From an uncultured Chlamydiae bacterium (GTDB lineage Bacteria > Chlamydiota > Chlamydiia > Chlamydiales > Parachlamydiaceae), in contig CAWHMU010000028.1 of assembly GCA_963830365.1 (NCBI GenBank), positions 1-47,074 of the forward strand: a stretch of DNA of 47,074 nucleotides, written 5' to 3'. The stretch's first letter is position 1. Each line of letters starts with the position of its first letter. The notes below the pieces were generated by a model that worked only from the letters and a program-made list of their open reading frames with translations, had not been told where the DNA came from and made no database searches. Below, piece after piece: positions 20,069 through 29,699 of the stretch. The translations under genes and the position numbers were made by a program.

Positions 20069-20139
20069 ACCGACAGAGAAGCCAGCCGCATGTAACAGGA
20101 TGGCAGGATAGTCAGGATAAACACAATAGATGGGTCGAA

Positions 20140-20275
20140 GCTTGCCGCCATAGCCATGACGCTGTTGCTGTAATTTGAGCTTGTAATCTTCTCTAAAGCT
20201 GCATTTACCCTATCTATCCTACCATCCTGTTATAGGCAGCTTGTTTCTCTCTCTGTCTCGATGCCTCTGTGGTGA
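20140..20275 (-). repeat. ~137-bp inverted repeat, right arm
   Basis: Reverse complement matches 18272-18408. Confidence 0.88.
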
Positions 20276-20292
20276 TGACTTGTTCGTTGCCG

Positions 20293-21402
20293 TTATGACA
20301 GGCGGTGGCGGAAGAACCAGGTTGAACAGCTAAGGGTGAAGAGGGCGATGAGCATCATCGGCCAAATATTATTGAAGACGATATCGGCCGGCAGGGCCTT
20401 TAAGAAGATCCCCTTGGCGATGATAAGGTAATAGCGCAAAGGGACCAGATAGGTGAATGGCTGCAGCCACGGGGGCATATTTTCGATGGGAGTGGCAAAG
20501 CCTGACAGGACGATGGAGGGGCTCATGAACAGAAATGAGCCCAATACGGCCTGCTGCTGGGTATTGGCAAGCGTCGAGATGAACAGGCCGATGCCGATGA
20601 TGGAGCAGACAAAGACAAACAAGCTCAGATACAGCCACAGCAAAGAGCCCGTAAAAGGCACCTGGTAAATGAGCACTCCGACAGCCACTATGATGGAGCC
20701 TTCCATCAGACTGATCACCACCGCCGGCACAGTCTTGCCGATGAGGATTTCAAAGGGCGTAGCCGGCGACACCAGCAGCTGGTCGAAGGTGCCCATCTCG
20801 CGCTCGCGCGCCACCGACAGGGCCGTCAGCAATACCGCCACCAGCATCGTCAAGATGCCGCTCAGGCAGGGGATATTGTACCAGGCGTAGATCAGGTTGG
20901 GATTGTACCAAAAGCGCGTGATGATCTGCGTATTCTGCTGCCTGATATGCGCCTGGATGGAGAAATCCTGGCTGAATTTTTGGATGATCGCCGTGGCATA
21001 GCCGGCCACAATCTGGGTGGTGTTGGACTTTCTGCCGTCTAGGATCAGCTGCACAGCCGCCGGCAGGCCGGCTTCGATATTGCGCGAGAACTGCTCGTCC
21101 AGCGAGACCACCATCACGCCCTGCATGTTATCGATGAAAGGGGTGATCTCCTCGACGGAATTTAAATTGACGATCTTGTCAAAGACCGGCGAGCCGCGCA
21201 AGCGCTGCACCAGCTCAAAGCCTTGCTTGCCGTTATCGCGGTTTAAAATCCCTATCGGCACATGGCGCACATCCAAGGTGGCGGCATTGGTGAAAATGAA
21301 AAGCTGGATGAGGGGCGGCAGGATGAGCACGGCGCGGCTTTTCTTATCGCGCCAGATGGCCAAAAATTCTTTGTAGATCAGGCTTAAGATGCGATTTAAC
21401 AT
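20293..21402 (-). CDS. ybhR: ABC-2 type permease, YbhR-like
   Basis: LILDGRKSN, WYNPNL, SVAREREMGTFDQLLVSP and LSGFATPIENMP motifs. Confidence 0.88.
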   Translation of the reverse strand: MLNRILSLIYKEFLAIWRDKKSRAVLILPPLIQLFIFTNAATLDVRHVPIGILNRDNGKQGFELVQRLRGSPVFDKIVNLNSVEEITPFIDNMQGVMVVSLDEQFSRNIEAGLPAAVQLILDGRKSNTTQIVAGYATAIIQKFSQDFSIQAHIRQQNTQIITRFWYNPNLIYAWYNIPCLSGILTMLVAVLLTALSVAREREMGTFDQLLVSPATPFEILIGKTVPAVVISLMEGSIIVAVGVLIYQVPFTGSLLWLYLSLFVFVCSIIGIGLFISTLANTQQQAVLGSFLFMSPSIVLSGFATPIENMPPWLQPFTYLVPLRYYLIIAKGIFLKALPADIVFNNIWPMMLIALFTLSCSTWFFRHRLS

Positions 21403-21416
21403 GATAGGTGCCCGGT

Positions 21417-22565
21417 TTAATCCAATCGTTTGACGGTGATGCGTGCGGTGAGTACAAAGAAAACACCGCCGATGAGGAGCATAGGGAGGATATTCTTAAG
21501 CAGCAGCGGCCAGTTGTCGCCGACTAAGAAGATCGTCTGCAAGCAGGTCACAAAATAGCGCGCCGGCAAAAGATAGGTCAGCCACTGGATAGCTGGCGGC
21601 ATGCTGGCAATCTCGAAGATAAAGCCCGACAGCATATAGGCCGGCAGGAAGGCTGCCGTCATCGCAGCCTGCGAGGCGGCAAACTGGTTGCGCGTCAGCG
21701 TCGAGATGAAAAGTCCCATCCCCAATGCCGAGGTGAGGAAGCTGGCGGCGACGAGTGCCATGGCCAACCAGGAGCCCCTTTGCGGCACGGCATAGCCGTA
21801 GGTGATGATGAGCACGCACATCGCCATGGAAAGCATGCCTAGGATGAAATACGGGACGAGTTTGCCTATCAACAGTTCTAGGATGCCGATCGGCGTGGAC
21901 ATCAAAGCCTCCATGGTGCCGCGTTCCCATTCCCTGGCGACGACCAGGGCGGTCAATAGCGTGCCGATCAGCGCCATGATGATGCCGAGGGAGCCGGGCA
22001 AGAGGAAGTTGCGGCTTTCCAGCTGCTCATTGTACCAAAAGCGCGGCTGCACGCCGATCAAAGGCAGGCCGGAAAGGCTGCTGCTGATGGATTCCTGCTG
22101 CAGCCAATTCAGCCAGGCGCCGGTGACATAATTCTGGACGAAGTTTGCCGTATTGGGTTCGCTGCCGTCGGCGATGAGCTGGATGGGGGCGATGTTGCCC
22201 TGACGCTGCCTGAAGGCTGAGAAATAGGATGGGATGACGACCATGCCGCGCAGCGTGCCGGCCAATATATCATGCATGAATTCGCGCCGGTCGCGGGCGA
22301 TCTTGACATCGAAGTAGGGGGAATCGGTCAGGGATTTGGCAAAGCTTTGGGCGTCTGGAGCGGTATCTTCCATGACCAGGCCGATGCGCAGGTGTTTGAT
22401 ATCCAATGACATGCCGAAGCCGTAGAGGAACAGCAGGATCAACGGCAGCACGACGGCAATCAGGATGCAGCTTGGGTCGCGGATGATCTGGAAGGATTCC
22501 TTGATGATCAGCGCTTTGATGCGCCTAAGGCTGTCTTTAGATGGATAAAAGCCGTTATCTGCCAT
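21417..22565 (-). CDS. ybhS: ABC-2 type permease, YbhS-like
   Basis: KESFQIIRDPS, DGSEPNTANFVQNY and VVAREWERGTMEAL motifs; start taken at ATG 22565. Confidence 0.88.
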   Translation of the reverse strand: MADNGFYPSKDSLRRIKALIIKESFQIIRDPSCILIAVVLPLILLFLYGFGMSLDIKHLRIGLVMEDTAPDAQSFAKSLTDSPYFDVKIARDRREFMHDILAGTLRGMVVIPSYFSAFRQRQGNIAPIQLIADGSEPNTANFVQNYVTGAWLNWLQQESISSSLSGLPLIGVQPRFWYNEQLESRNFLLPGSLGIIMALIGTLLTALVVAREWERGTMEALMSTPIGILELLIGKLVPYFILGMLSMAMCVLIITYGYAVPQRGSWLAMALVAASFLTSALGMGLFISTLTRNQFAASQAAMTAAFLPAYMLSGFIFEIASMPPAIQWLTYLLPARYFVTCLQTIFLVGDNWPLLLKNILPMLLIGGVFFVLTARITVKRLD

Positions 22566-24345
22566 TTTTTTCACCGGCATCATATTGTTCAATCAAGCTG
22601 ATGAAGGCATCTTCGAGGCTTGGATTTTTATTCTGCGGCGTCCTGGCGGCGGCTTTTAAGGCCTCGGGGGTGCCGATGTTGATGATTTTGCTGCGATAGA
22701 CGAGCGCGATGCGGTCGCAGTATTCGGCTTCATCCATGAAATGCGTCGTCACCATGATCGTCATGCCCTTTTCGACCAGCCCGTTGATATGATTCCAGAA
22801 TTCGCGCCGCGTGATGGGGTCGACGCCGGAGGTGGGCTCATCCAGGAACAGCACCTGCGGGTAGTGCATCACCGAGCAGGAAAGGGCCAGCCGCTGCTTG
22901 AAGCCGAGCGGCAGCGCCTCGGCATTGACGTTTACATAATTTTTCAGATTAAAGATATCGATCATCTGGTGGATCATATCCTGCTGCTGCCTGCCCGCCA
23001 GGTTGTAGATGCCCGAAAAAAAATCCAGGTTCTGGCGTACGCTCAAATTGCCATATAAGGAGAATTTCTGCGCCATATAGCCCACCTGGGCCCTTCCTGC
23101 ACTTGGCGCCACCTGCAGATCCAGTCCGTTGACAAAAGCTTCACCCGCCGTCGGCTTCAATAGGCCGCACAGCATTTTGAAGGTCGTCGATTTGCCGGCG
23201 CCATTGGGACCGAGCAGGCCGAAAATCTCTCCCTTGCGGATGCTGAAGGTGATGTCGTCGGCGGCGGTGAAATCGCCGAATTTCTTCGTCAGATGGCGGG
23301 CTTCGACGACATTTTCAAGGCTGCCGCTGCGCGGCGGCGTCTTCTCTGCCAGCAGCGAGCGGCCGCCAGGACCGCCGCCCAGAATATCGATGAAGGCGTC
23401 TTCAAAGCGCGGCGCCACCGCGATGAGCTTCAGCTGTTGGCCGCCATCCAAGGCGGCAAGCGCAATGGGGGGGGTGGCGGCCTTTTTGACGACGATGCGC
23501 ACATTGCTGCCCTGGAGGGTGGCGTCCAGCACATTAGCCTGCTGCAGGGTTTTTTGCAGCACCTCGCGCCTGTTGCCGGCAATATTTTCTATCAGGAAGC
23601 AGCGGCCGTCCACGCGCCGGCATAGCTCGGCAGGGGAGCCATGGTAGAGCAGCTTGCCCTCATTCAGCAGCAGCACGTTATCGCAGCGTTCGGCTTCATC
23701 GAGATAGGCCGTGCTCCACAGCACCGAGATGCCATCGGCCAGCAGCTCGTGCACCATCTTCCACAGCTCGCGCCGCGAAATGGGGTCAACGCCGACACTG
23801 GGCTCATCCAGTAGCAGCACCGTAGGCTTGCGGATCAGGGCGCAGGCCAAGCCTAGCTTCTGCTTCATGCCGCCAGACAGCGCCCCCGCCAGGCGAGCCG
23901 TAAAAGGTTTCAACGTGGTGAAGGCCAGCAGCTTGTCGAAGGTAGCCTCGCGTTCGTGGGCAGGCACGCCGCGCAGCTCGGCATAGAGATTCAGATTCTG
24001 CAGCACCGTCAGGTCCTCGTACAGGCCGAATTTTTGCGGCATATAGCCGATGAGGTTATGGATGGCGGTGGCGTCTTTGATGGTGTCGTAGCCTGCTAGG
24101 GTGATGGTGCCGGTGGTCGGCAGCAGCAGGCCGGCGATCAGGCGCAGCAGCGTCGTCTTGCCGGCGCCGTCTGGCCCGGCGATGCCCACCATCTGCCCTT
24201 TGGGGATGGCGGCATTGATGCCCTGTAAAGCCGGCGCTGCAGTGGGTTCGAATATTTTGGATAGATCATTGATAATGATAAGCGCTGACGATAAGGATGG
24301 CGACAAGGATGGCGACAAGGGGCGTGGCTGCATCCTACTGTGCAT
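22555..24345 (-). CDS. ybhF: double-domain ABC ATPase, YbhF-like
   Basis: GPDGAGKTT, LSGGMKQKL and DEPSVGVDP in the first domain; GPNGAGKST, LPLGFKQRL and DEPTSGVDP in the second. Confidence 0.92.
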   Translation of the reverse strand: MHSRMQPRPLSPSLSPSLSSALIIINDLSKIFEPTAAPALQGINAAIPKGQMVGIAGPDGAGKTTLLRLIAGLLLPTTGTITLAGYDTIKDATAIHNLIGYMPQKFGLYEDLTVLQNLNLYAELRGVPAHEREATFDKLLAFTTLKPFTARLAGALSGGMKQKLGLACALIRKPTVLLLDEPSVGVDPISRRELWKMVHELLADGISVLWSTAYLDEAERCDNVLLLNEGKLLYHGSPAELCRRVDGRCFLIENIAGNRREVLQKTLQQANVLDATLQGSNVRIVVKKAATPPIALAALDGGQQLKLIAVAPRFEDAFIDILGGGPGGRSLLAEKTPPRSGSLENVVEARHLTKKFGDFTAADDITFSIRKGEIFGLLGPNGAGKSTTFKMLCGLLKPTAGEAFVNGLDLQVAPSAGRAQVGYMAQKFSLYGNLSVRQNLDFFSGIYNLAGRQQQDMIHQMIDIFNLKNYVNVNAEALPLGFKQRLALSCSVMHYPQVLFLDEPTSGVDPITRREFWNHINGLVEKGMTIMVTTHFMDEAEYCDRIALVYRSKIINIGTPEALKAAARTPQNKNPSLEDAFISLIEQYDAGEKNGR

Positions 24346-24346
24346 G

Positions 24347-25183
24347 CTAGTCTTTCCCGCGGAGGTTGAGCTTGACAGTTACCGGCATGCCTTGGCGCAA
24401 GCCCTCATCGGGGTTGTCGGCATAGATTCTTAGGCGGTATACCAGGTCGGTGCGCAGCTGTGCCGTTTCCACGGTTTTGGGTGTGAATTCGGCTACCGGC
24501 GAGATGAAGCCGACTTTGCCGGTGTAGACGCGTCCATGGGGGGTGTCGGTCGTGATTTCGGCCGTCATGCCGGGGCGGACATCGCCCAAATGGATTTCAG
24601 AGACGAAAGCGCGGATCCATACGGGGGAGGTGATGGATAGGGTATAAATGGAGTCGCCGGGATTGACCACGCTGCCGGGTTCGCGGATGCGCGTCAAGAT
24701 GGTGCCTTTGGTGGGGGCATAGACCTCGGTGAAGGCTATATTCGTCTCAGAGACTGCCAAGGCGGCGTGGGCGCTCAACAGGTTGGCTTCCAGCACGATT
24801 TTATTGGCCAGGGCATTATCGAGATCTTCTTGTCCGATGCTGCCATCGGAGATAAGCTCCTGGCGTCTTTTTAGCATGATGTCGGCATTTTTCAGGGAAG
24901 CTTCGATAGAGGCGGCATTGGCTTTGGCTTGGCGCACCTGGTCCAGATAGGGTTGTTTGTCCAGGATGCCCAGCAGGCTGCCCGGCTCTACCAGGTCGCC
25001 CTCTTCGAAATAGATCTCATTGACGCGTCCGCTGACGCGGAAGCCGAGATCCACCTGGCGCACATCGACATTGCCATAGAGGGTGAGGGTGTCGGTGGGG
25101 GCTTCGATGCGGTTGAAATAGGTATAGGCGCCGATGGCGATGACAATAAGCAGCAGGATGAGGATGATAGCTTTGCGTGGCAT
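24347..25183 (-). CDS. ybhG: HlyD-family membrane fusion protein, YbhG-like
   Basis: N-terminal TM; LYGNVDVRQVDLGFRVSGR and GFISPVAEFTPKTVET..LRTDLVYRLRI motifs. Confidence 0.88.
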   Translation of the reverse strand: MPRKAIILILLLIVIAIGAYTYFNRIEAPTDTLTLYGNVDVRQVDLGFRVSGRVNEIYFEEGDLVEPGSLLGILDKQPYLDQVRQAKANAASIEASLKNADIMLKRRQELISDGSIGQEDLDNALANKIVLEANLLSAHAALAVSETNIAFTEVYAPTKGTILTRIREPGSVVNPGDSIYTLSITSPVWIRAFVSEIHLGDVRPGMTAEITTDTPHGRVYTGKVGFISPVAEFTPKTVETAQLRTDLVYRLRIYADNPDEGLRQGMPVTVKLNLRGKD

Positions 25184-25304
25184 ACGTTTCTTTTTGATAT
25201 GGGATGATCAGCCCTTATAGTTTTTTCAGACCGCGATGTCAAGCAGATGAGTCTGCAAAGTCCACACACTTTAAATTTGTGGCAGTTATACCATGCGCGG
25301 TATC

Positions 25305-25541
25305 GCCTCGCTAGAGGCGGCAGCAGGTAGCCATAGGTGTCAACCTATGGAACAAAATGTGGAATATAAAGAGCCGTGAAGACGGCGGCAGGAATTACTC
25401 AGGAGGTTGTATTAGAAAATAATCACATTGAATTTAGCTTCTCTGAAAATTGCTGTCGCCGTATTCACGGCTCATGATATTTTACATTTCATTCCATAGG
25501 TTGACACCTATGGCTACATGCTGCCGCCGCTATTCGCGGCT
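25305..25541. repeat. stand-alone REPIN-like palindrome (family A core)
   Basis: GTAGCCATAGGTGTCAACCTATGGAA ... TTCCATAGGTTGACACCTATGGCTAC plus GAGCCGTGAA..GGCG / CGCCGTATTCACGGCTC. Confidence 0.88.
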
Positions 25542-25604
25542 ATAAAAAAAGACCCTCGTTTGACGGATGAAATGAAAAGAATTTTTATCACCCATGCTAA
25601 GCTA

Positions 25605-27281
25605 TCAGGAAGCCACAGCATTCTCGGAATCTTCGGTATTTGGGGCGTTGCCGCCGCCGGAGACGGTGTTGACGCCCACGGCAGCTTTGAGGGTGACGAC
25701 GAGCTCATAGGCCTGGCTCATGAGCTTCCTTTGCAAGTGGTTGATATTGACGCCGTTTGCACCGCTAGGCTTCATGCTTACGGTCTTTTCGACTTCGTTG
25801 ACCACTTTGACGACTATTTTGATGACTTCTTTTAGCGTTTCTTTGGTATGAGGCATTTCTGCTATTTTTGTGACAGTGCCCTTAACCGTAATCAAGTCCA
25901 GCAAGCTTGCGTTTTTGATTTGGTCTCCATTTAAGGCCGCCTTAAGATTTTCTTCTTTATTGCGGTCGGCTTTGATGAATTTTTCCAGCTTTGCCATCAG
26001 GATTGCGATGGCTTTTTCTTCATGCTTGATGCGATCTTCGATTTTTCTTTCTTTTGTCAAATTCTCAGTTTTTATGCTCTCTTGTCTGATAACTGCGGCA
26101 TTATCGCCTGCTTTGTCAGCATACTTATCTGTTCTGTCCACATTAGGCCTAGTGGCAGATAGCGGCGGGGGAGGGGTGTGTACGCTCGTATGATGGCCGC
26201 CGCCATGCCCCACTTCCTCTGGCTTGCCACCCATATTCTGTGCCTGCAATGCAGCCGTGGCTTGCATCCGCTGGTTGTAGTTTGTTATGGCTAGGCTAGT
26301 CGCCTGCGCCCACACTTCCTTAGAATAGTTTCCAATTCTATGAGCCTTTCGCTCGCCGGTTACAGAGTTGACAGTATATACTATACCATTTTGTGGCCTA
26401 TTTTCTCTGATTTGATTTGCTAAGTCTTCCTTGCTTAAATCTCCTGCCAATGTTTTAAAGGAACCATCAGAACGTTCAACCTCAATGTATGTATTTGGTT
26501 CTTCAGAATCCGAAATTATTTGAGATAGTTTTGATGCCAGAAGAGCAACTTCTTTGTCATTTATGCTCACTTTATTAATTTTCGCTTGTGCAATTGGTTC
26601 AGTATTGTCTATAGTTTGAGCGAAATTTTTGTTAATCTCTGAATCTGCCTCTTTAGTTTTTTTAAATGATGTGTTTTCAGCAATGGCGGCTGCTGTTTGA
26701 ACTTTGACATCAGCTTTTATATTTATTAGAACCTTTTCTTCATTATTGACATCAGATTCTTCATCTATAACAACATCTTCCTCTTCTAGAAGAACATCTT
26801 CCTCGTCATCTAGCATAGCCAGTGCTAGACGTTCTTCCGCGGTTAAATTAGCTAAACTAAATCCTAAATCGGCCTCATCGTTTGGTATTTCTTTAAGCTG
26901 TATAGTGTCAGAATTGGCTGGATGATCTGATATGTCATTAGAAGAAGCTTTTTGAACATCCAAATCAGCCTTCCGTTCTCCATTTATAGCAGGAGTCGAT
27001 AGTGTCTTTTGAAATTTCGCAGTAATTGTTTCTGCGACACTAGTAGCCTTGAGTGGTAAGGAAATACTGCCCCTACCCTTAAAATGATCTGCTGGCTGCT
27101 GTTGTAAATCTTTCAAAGGTTGCATCCCCACTTCCAGGCTTTGAGCGGCTACTTCGCTGGTCTTTTCTCTAATCGCATTTTCGGCCGTTTGGGCTGAGCT
27201 GTCATTTTTTTTAGCTGTTCCAGCTCTTGGATCGAAATAAGGAGCCTGTCCTGAAATGTTAGTGATATTATTTTCAGCCAT
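25605..27281 (-). CDS. hypothetical hydrophilic protein with an acidic tract and coiled coil
   Basis: 558-aa ORF; GGAGG RBS; DDEEDVLLEEEDVVIDEE tract. Confidence 0.8.
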   Translation of the reverse strand: MAENNITNISGQAPYFDPRAGTAKKNDSSAQTAENAIREKTSEVAAQSLEVGMQPLKDLQQQPADHFKGRGSISLPLKATSVAETITAKFQKTLSTPAINGERKADLDVQKASSNDISDHPANSDTIQLKEIPNDEADLGFSLANLTAEERLALAMLDDEEDVLLEEEDVVIDEESDVNNEEKVLINIKADVKVQTAAAIAENTSFKKTKEADSEINKNFAQTIDNTEPIAQAKINKVSINDKEVALLASKLSQIISDSEEPNTYIEVERSDGSFKTLAGDLSKEDLANQIRENRPQNGIVYTVNSVTGERKAHRIGNYSKEVWAQATSLAITNYNQRMQATAALQAQNMGGKPEEVGHGGGHHTSVHTPPPPLSATRPNVDRTDKYADKAGDNAAVIRQESIKTENLTKERKIEDRIKHEEKAIAILMAKLEKFIKADRNKEENLKAALNGDQIKNASLLDLITVKGTVTKIAEMPHTKETLKEVIKIVVKVVNEVEKTVSMKPSGANGVNINHLQRKLMSQAYELVVTLKAAVGVNTVSGGGNAPNTEDSENAVAS

Positions 27282-27490
27282 ATAGACCTCCGAGAGAAAC
27301 TATATTCTTTATTATACTACTTAAAATTTGTTTGTCATATGAAATTAAATAAAATATTTGTTTTAATCCTTAAGTTATTGTTCTTGTGATGTCTGTAATA
27401 AGGTTCGCTTAAAAGTAATTTGACATTTTTTTTCCAATATTGTATTTTCATAGTTAGTTAAACTTAAACATGCCAGATAAGGAGGTCGTT

Positions 27491-27982
27491 ATGTCATCAC
27501 GAATCGATGCAGGATCAAGCCAAACACCCAGTTTTTATGGATCACCAACTAAGGCGTTATCCCCGGCTGAACAACAAAAACGTAAGAGTCATGAAGAATT
27601 GATTGCTATAGCTAAGCAGTCTTTGGCAATTTCACAAGAAACTCTTGCAAATAGTAAAGAAGAACTGGCGATGACTCTGATGACTCTAGAAACTGCTAAG
27701 CAATCCAAGGCCCTCATTTCAGCACACATAGAAGCTGTGGATGCCAAATTAAAAGAGTCAGAAGACAAACTTCAAAATCTTGGAGCCAAAAGCCAGGAAA
27801 TTGAAGCAAGAGAACAAGATCTTGCTGCTAGAAAAGTAGAAATTGAAGCGCGAAAACAAGAAATCGCCGAACGAAAGGCCAAGATTGCCGCCCAAAGAGC
27901 GATGATTATGGAAAACGCAGCAAAAAGAGCAGCGGCAAATAATGCGGCCTCCGGTGCTGTTAGCAAAGAAGGAAAAGATTAA
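27491..27982 (+). CDS. hypothetical coiled-coil protein
   Basis: AAGGAGG RBS before ATG 27491; heptad repeats (SQEIEAREQDLAARKVEIEARKQEIAER). Confidence 0.8.
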   Translation: MSSRIDAGSSQTPSFYGSPTKALSPAEQQKRKSHEELIAIAKQSLAISQETLANSKEELAMTLMTLETAKQSKALISAHIEAVDAKLKESEDKLQNLGAKSQEIEAREQDLAARKVEIEARKQEIAERKAKIAAQRAMIMENAAKRAAANNAASGAVSKEGKD

Positions 27983-28014
27983 CTCAGACTCCGGTCAGAC
28001 TCTTATTCGGACGT

Positions 28015-28126
28015 GGGGTCAGGCCTGACATGCTGACATTCGACTAGGCTGGCAGGTACAAGGCTAGAGGTTTAGGTAGGCAAAATGAGCATCGTTTTGC
28101 CTACCCATCCATTCCTAGGCATGTAG
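28015..28126 (+). repeat. GGGGTCAGG REP plus conserved long hairpin, copy 1
   Basis: GGGGTCAGGCCTGACATGCTGACATTCGACTAGGCTGGCAGG then GGTAGGCAAAATGA-gca-TCGTTTTGCCTACC; related copies near 34792 and 36168. Confidence 0.75.
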
Positions 28127-28138
28127 AATACCACAATA

Positions 28139-28405
28139 CCAAGCCTGACCCCATGTGTGACCCCATGTGCTGACCCCATGTCCTGAGGCTCATCACGCAA
28201 ATGAGTACCTATGAGGTTTTCCTGACCTTCTCTGTGCCTCTGTGGTGAAATCTGCTTTCTGGCGGTATAGTATTATTAATCAAAGCGTTACGAAAGACTT
28301 CACCACCGAGGCACAGAGGCACAGAGAAGGGAAATGGAGATTGCTCTTAGGGTTTTGTTAATTAGGTACTCATTTGCGTGATGAACCATGTGCTGACCCC
28401 ATGTC
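28139..28405 (+). repeat. tandem 12-13-bp CCTGACCCC-derived array interrupted by a MITE
   Basis: CCAAGCCTGACC CCATGTGTGACC CCATGTGCTGACC CCATGTCCTGA[MITE]ATGTGCTGACC CCATGTCC. Confidence 0.85.
28187..28387 (+). mobile_element. 201-bp MITE (family B)
   Basis: TIRs GGCTCATCACGCAAATGAGTACCT / AGGTACTCATTTGCGTGATGAACC; flanks ATGTCCTGA / ATGTGCTGA. Confidence 0.9.
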
Positions 28406-28424
28406 CAAATAAAGGAAAATTGAC

Positions 28425-29438
28425 ATGAAAGCAAAAAAACGTTCACTTGTCTTTATTATGCTGTGCATGTGCCACTATATTTCATTTTCGGTTTACGCCA
28501 TCAGCCCTTTTGAAAAACATCCCCAGGATGCTACCGTCATTTATCTTAGAGGCACGTGCTCTTCTGGCAAATCTACTCTTATTCGATCTATCGTACAGGA
28601 ATGTGATTTAGAACTTGTGGATGAAGACTCAATCATGCAGAGAAGCTACCTCGAAGCTGTTGCCCTGCGATTCCCTTGCAAATTTATCATAATTAACAAA
28701 GCAGTGGCTAGAGAAAATCTCTACCATGCACTCCGAGAAAAAGATATTCTTTTTAAAAAAACAGCTTCCCTTGAGGACTCCCAAAAAGCTAAAAATGCTT
28801 TATGTGAAATTCAAGAAGAATTAAATAATCCACAAAATTTACTTTGGAAGAAGGCATTAAGCGATGGAATCAATACAGAAGTAATACAAAGACTTAAAGA
28901 GGCTATCGAACGGCGAAAAAATGTCATTCTCGATTCTTGGTATGTCAAAGAACATCATATCCAAGAACTTTTTCCGAATGTACAAATCATCCGAGTCTTG
29001 CTATATTGTTCTCTTCCTGTTGCTTATAATCGGCTTCTTAAAAGGAATGAAGAGGCTATTGATAGGGAAAATCTTCAGGAAAAAAGGTATTTAAGGCAAT
29101 TATTTGGCAGCTTTACCGCGCTTTATCAAATCAGTGATCAGCCACTGCAACCTATTCACAGCATTTATAGGCATGAATTAGATCAGGTTTTTGACGCTAT
29201 TTTACTTCCACTCAAAGATATAGCGTACCAGAAACCTATCTTCACTTTTGAAGAAATTACACGACCACTGTTTATGAAAATGAAAATGGCGTTTTTACAA
29301 CCGTTTGACGAATGCAAATCGGAAAATTTATATATCGCTCCAAAAAACGCGCAGGATGTTATTATTGATAATACAAGTAATAATATTCAAAATGCCGTCC
29401 ATTCTTTAAAAAAAGCCCTTTCAAAGCAAAAGTCGTAG
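28425..29438 (+). CDS. P-loop NTPase/small-molecule kinase-like protein with a possible signal peptide
   Basis: VIYLRGTCSSGKST Walker A, NVILD Walker B-like, LYCSL..AYNRL..RN lid; hydrophobic N-terminus ending VYA. Confidence 0.7.
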   Translation: MKAKKRSLVFIMLCMCHYISFSVYAISPFEKHPQDATVIYLRGTCSSGKSTLIRSIVQECDLELVDEDSIMQRSYLEAVALRFPCKFIIINKAVARENLYHALREKDILFKKTASLEDSQKAKNALCEIQEELNNPQNLLWKKALSDGINTEVIQRLKEAIERRKNVILDSWYVKEHHIQELFPNVQIIRVLLYCSLPVAYNRLLKRNEEAIDRENLQEKRYLRQLFGSFTALYQISDQPLQPIHSIYRHELDQVFDAILLPLKDIAYQKPIFTFEEITRPLFMKMKMAFLQPFDECKSENLYIAPKNAQDVIIDNTSNNIQNAVHSLKKALSKQKS

Positions 29439-29699
29439 CTATACGAATCGAAGAACATTTCTAAGCAACGTCATCGGAAAAATTCTAATTCCAAACCCCT
29501 GCTTTTATACGAGCATCTAGTTGAAATTTCCCAAACGCGGGGGCAGGCCTAGGCTGTCAAAAAGCTCAATATTCTATCTCAACGACTTTTTTATATATGC
29601 GTCTGTTTCTCTTCCGTTCAAAATTGCTATCAGCATCTAAAAAAGCTGTGAAATCCAGGCAAAATGGATCCCATATGGCGGTTCAGGCCGAAAGATTGT

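Noticed and set aside
18375..25269. Numerous overlapping 60-170-aa ORFs in the efflux genes (likewise in recQ and the division cluster)
   Set aside because: Alternative-frame artefacts of GC-rich coding DNA overlapping well-supported genes.
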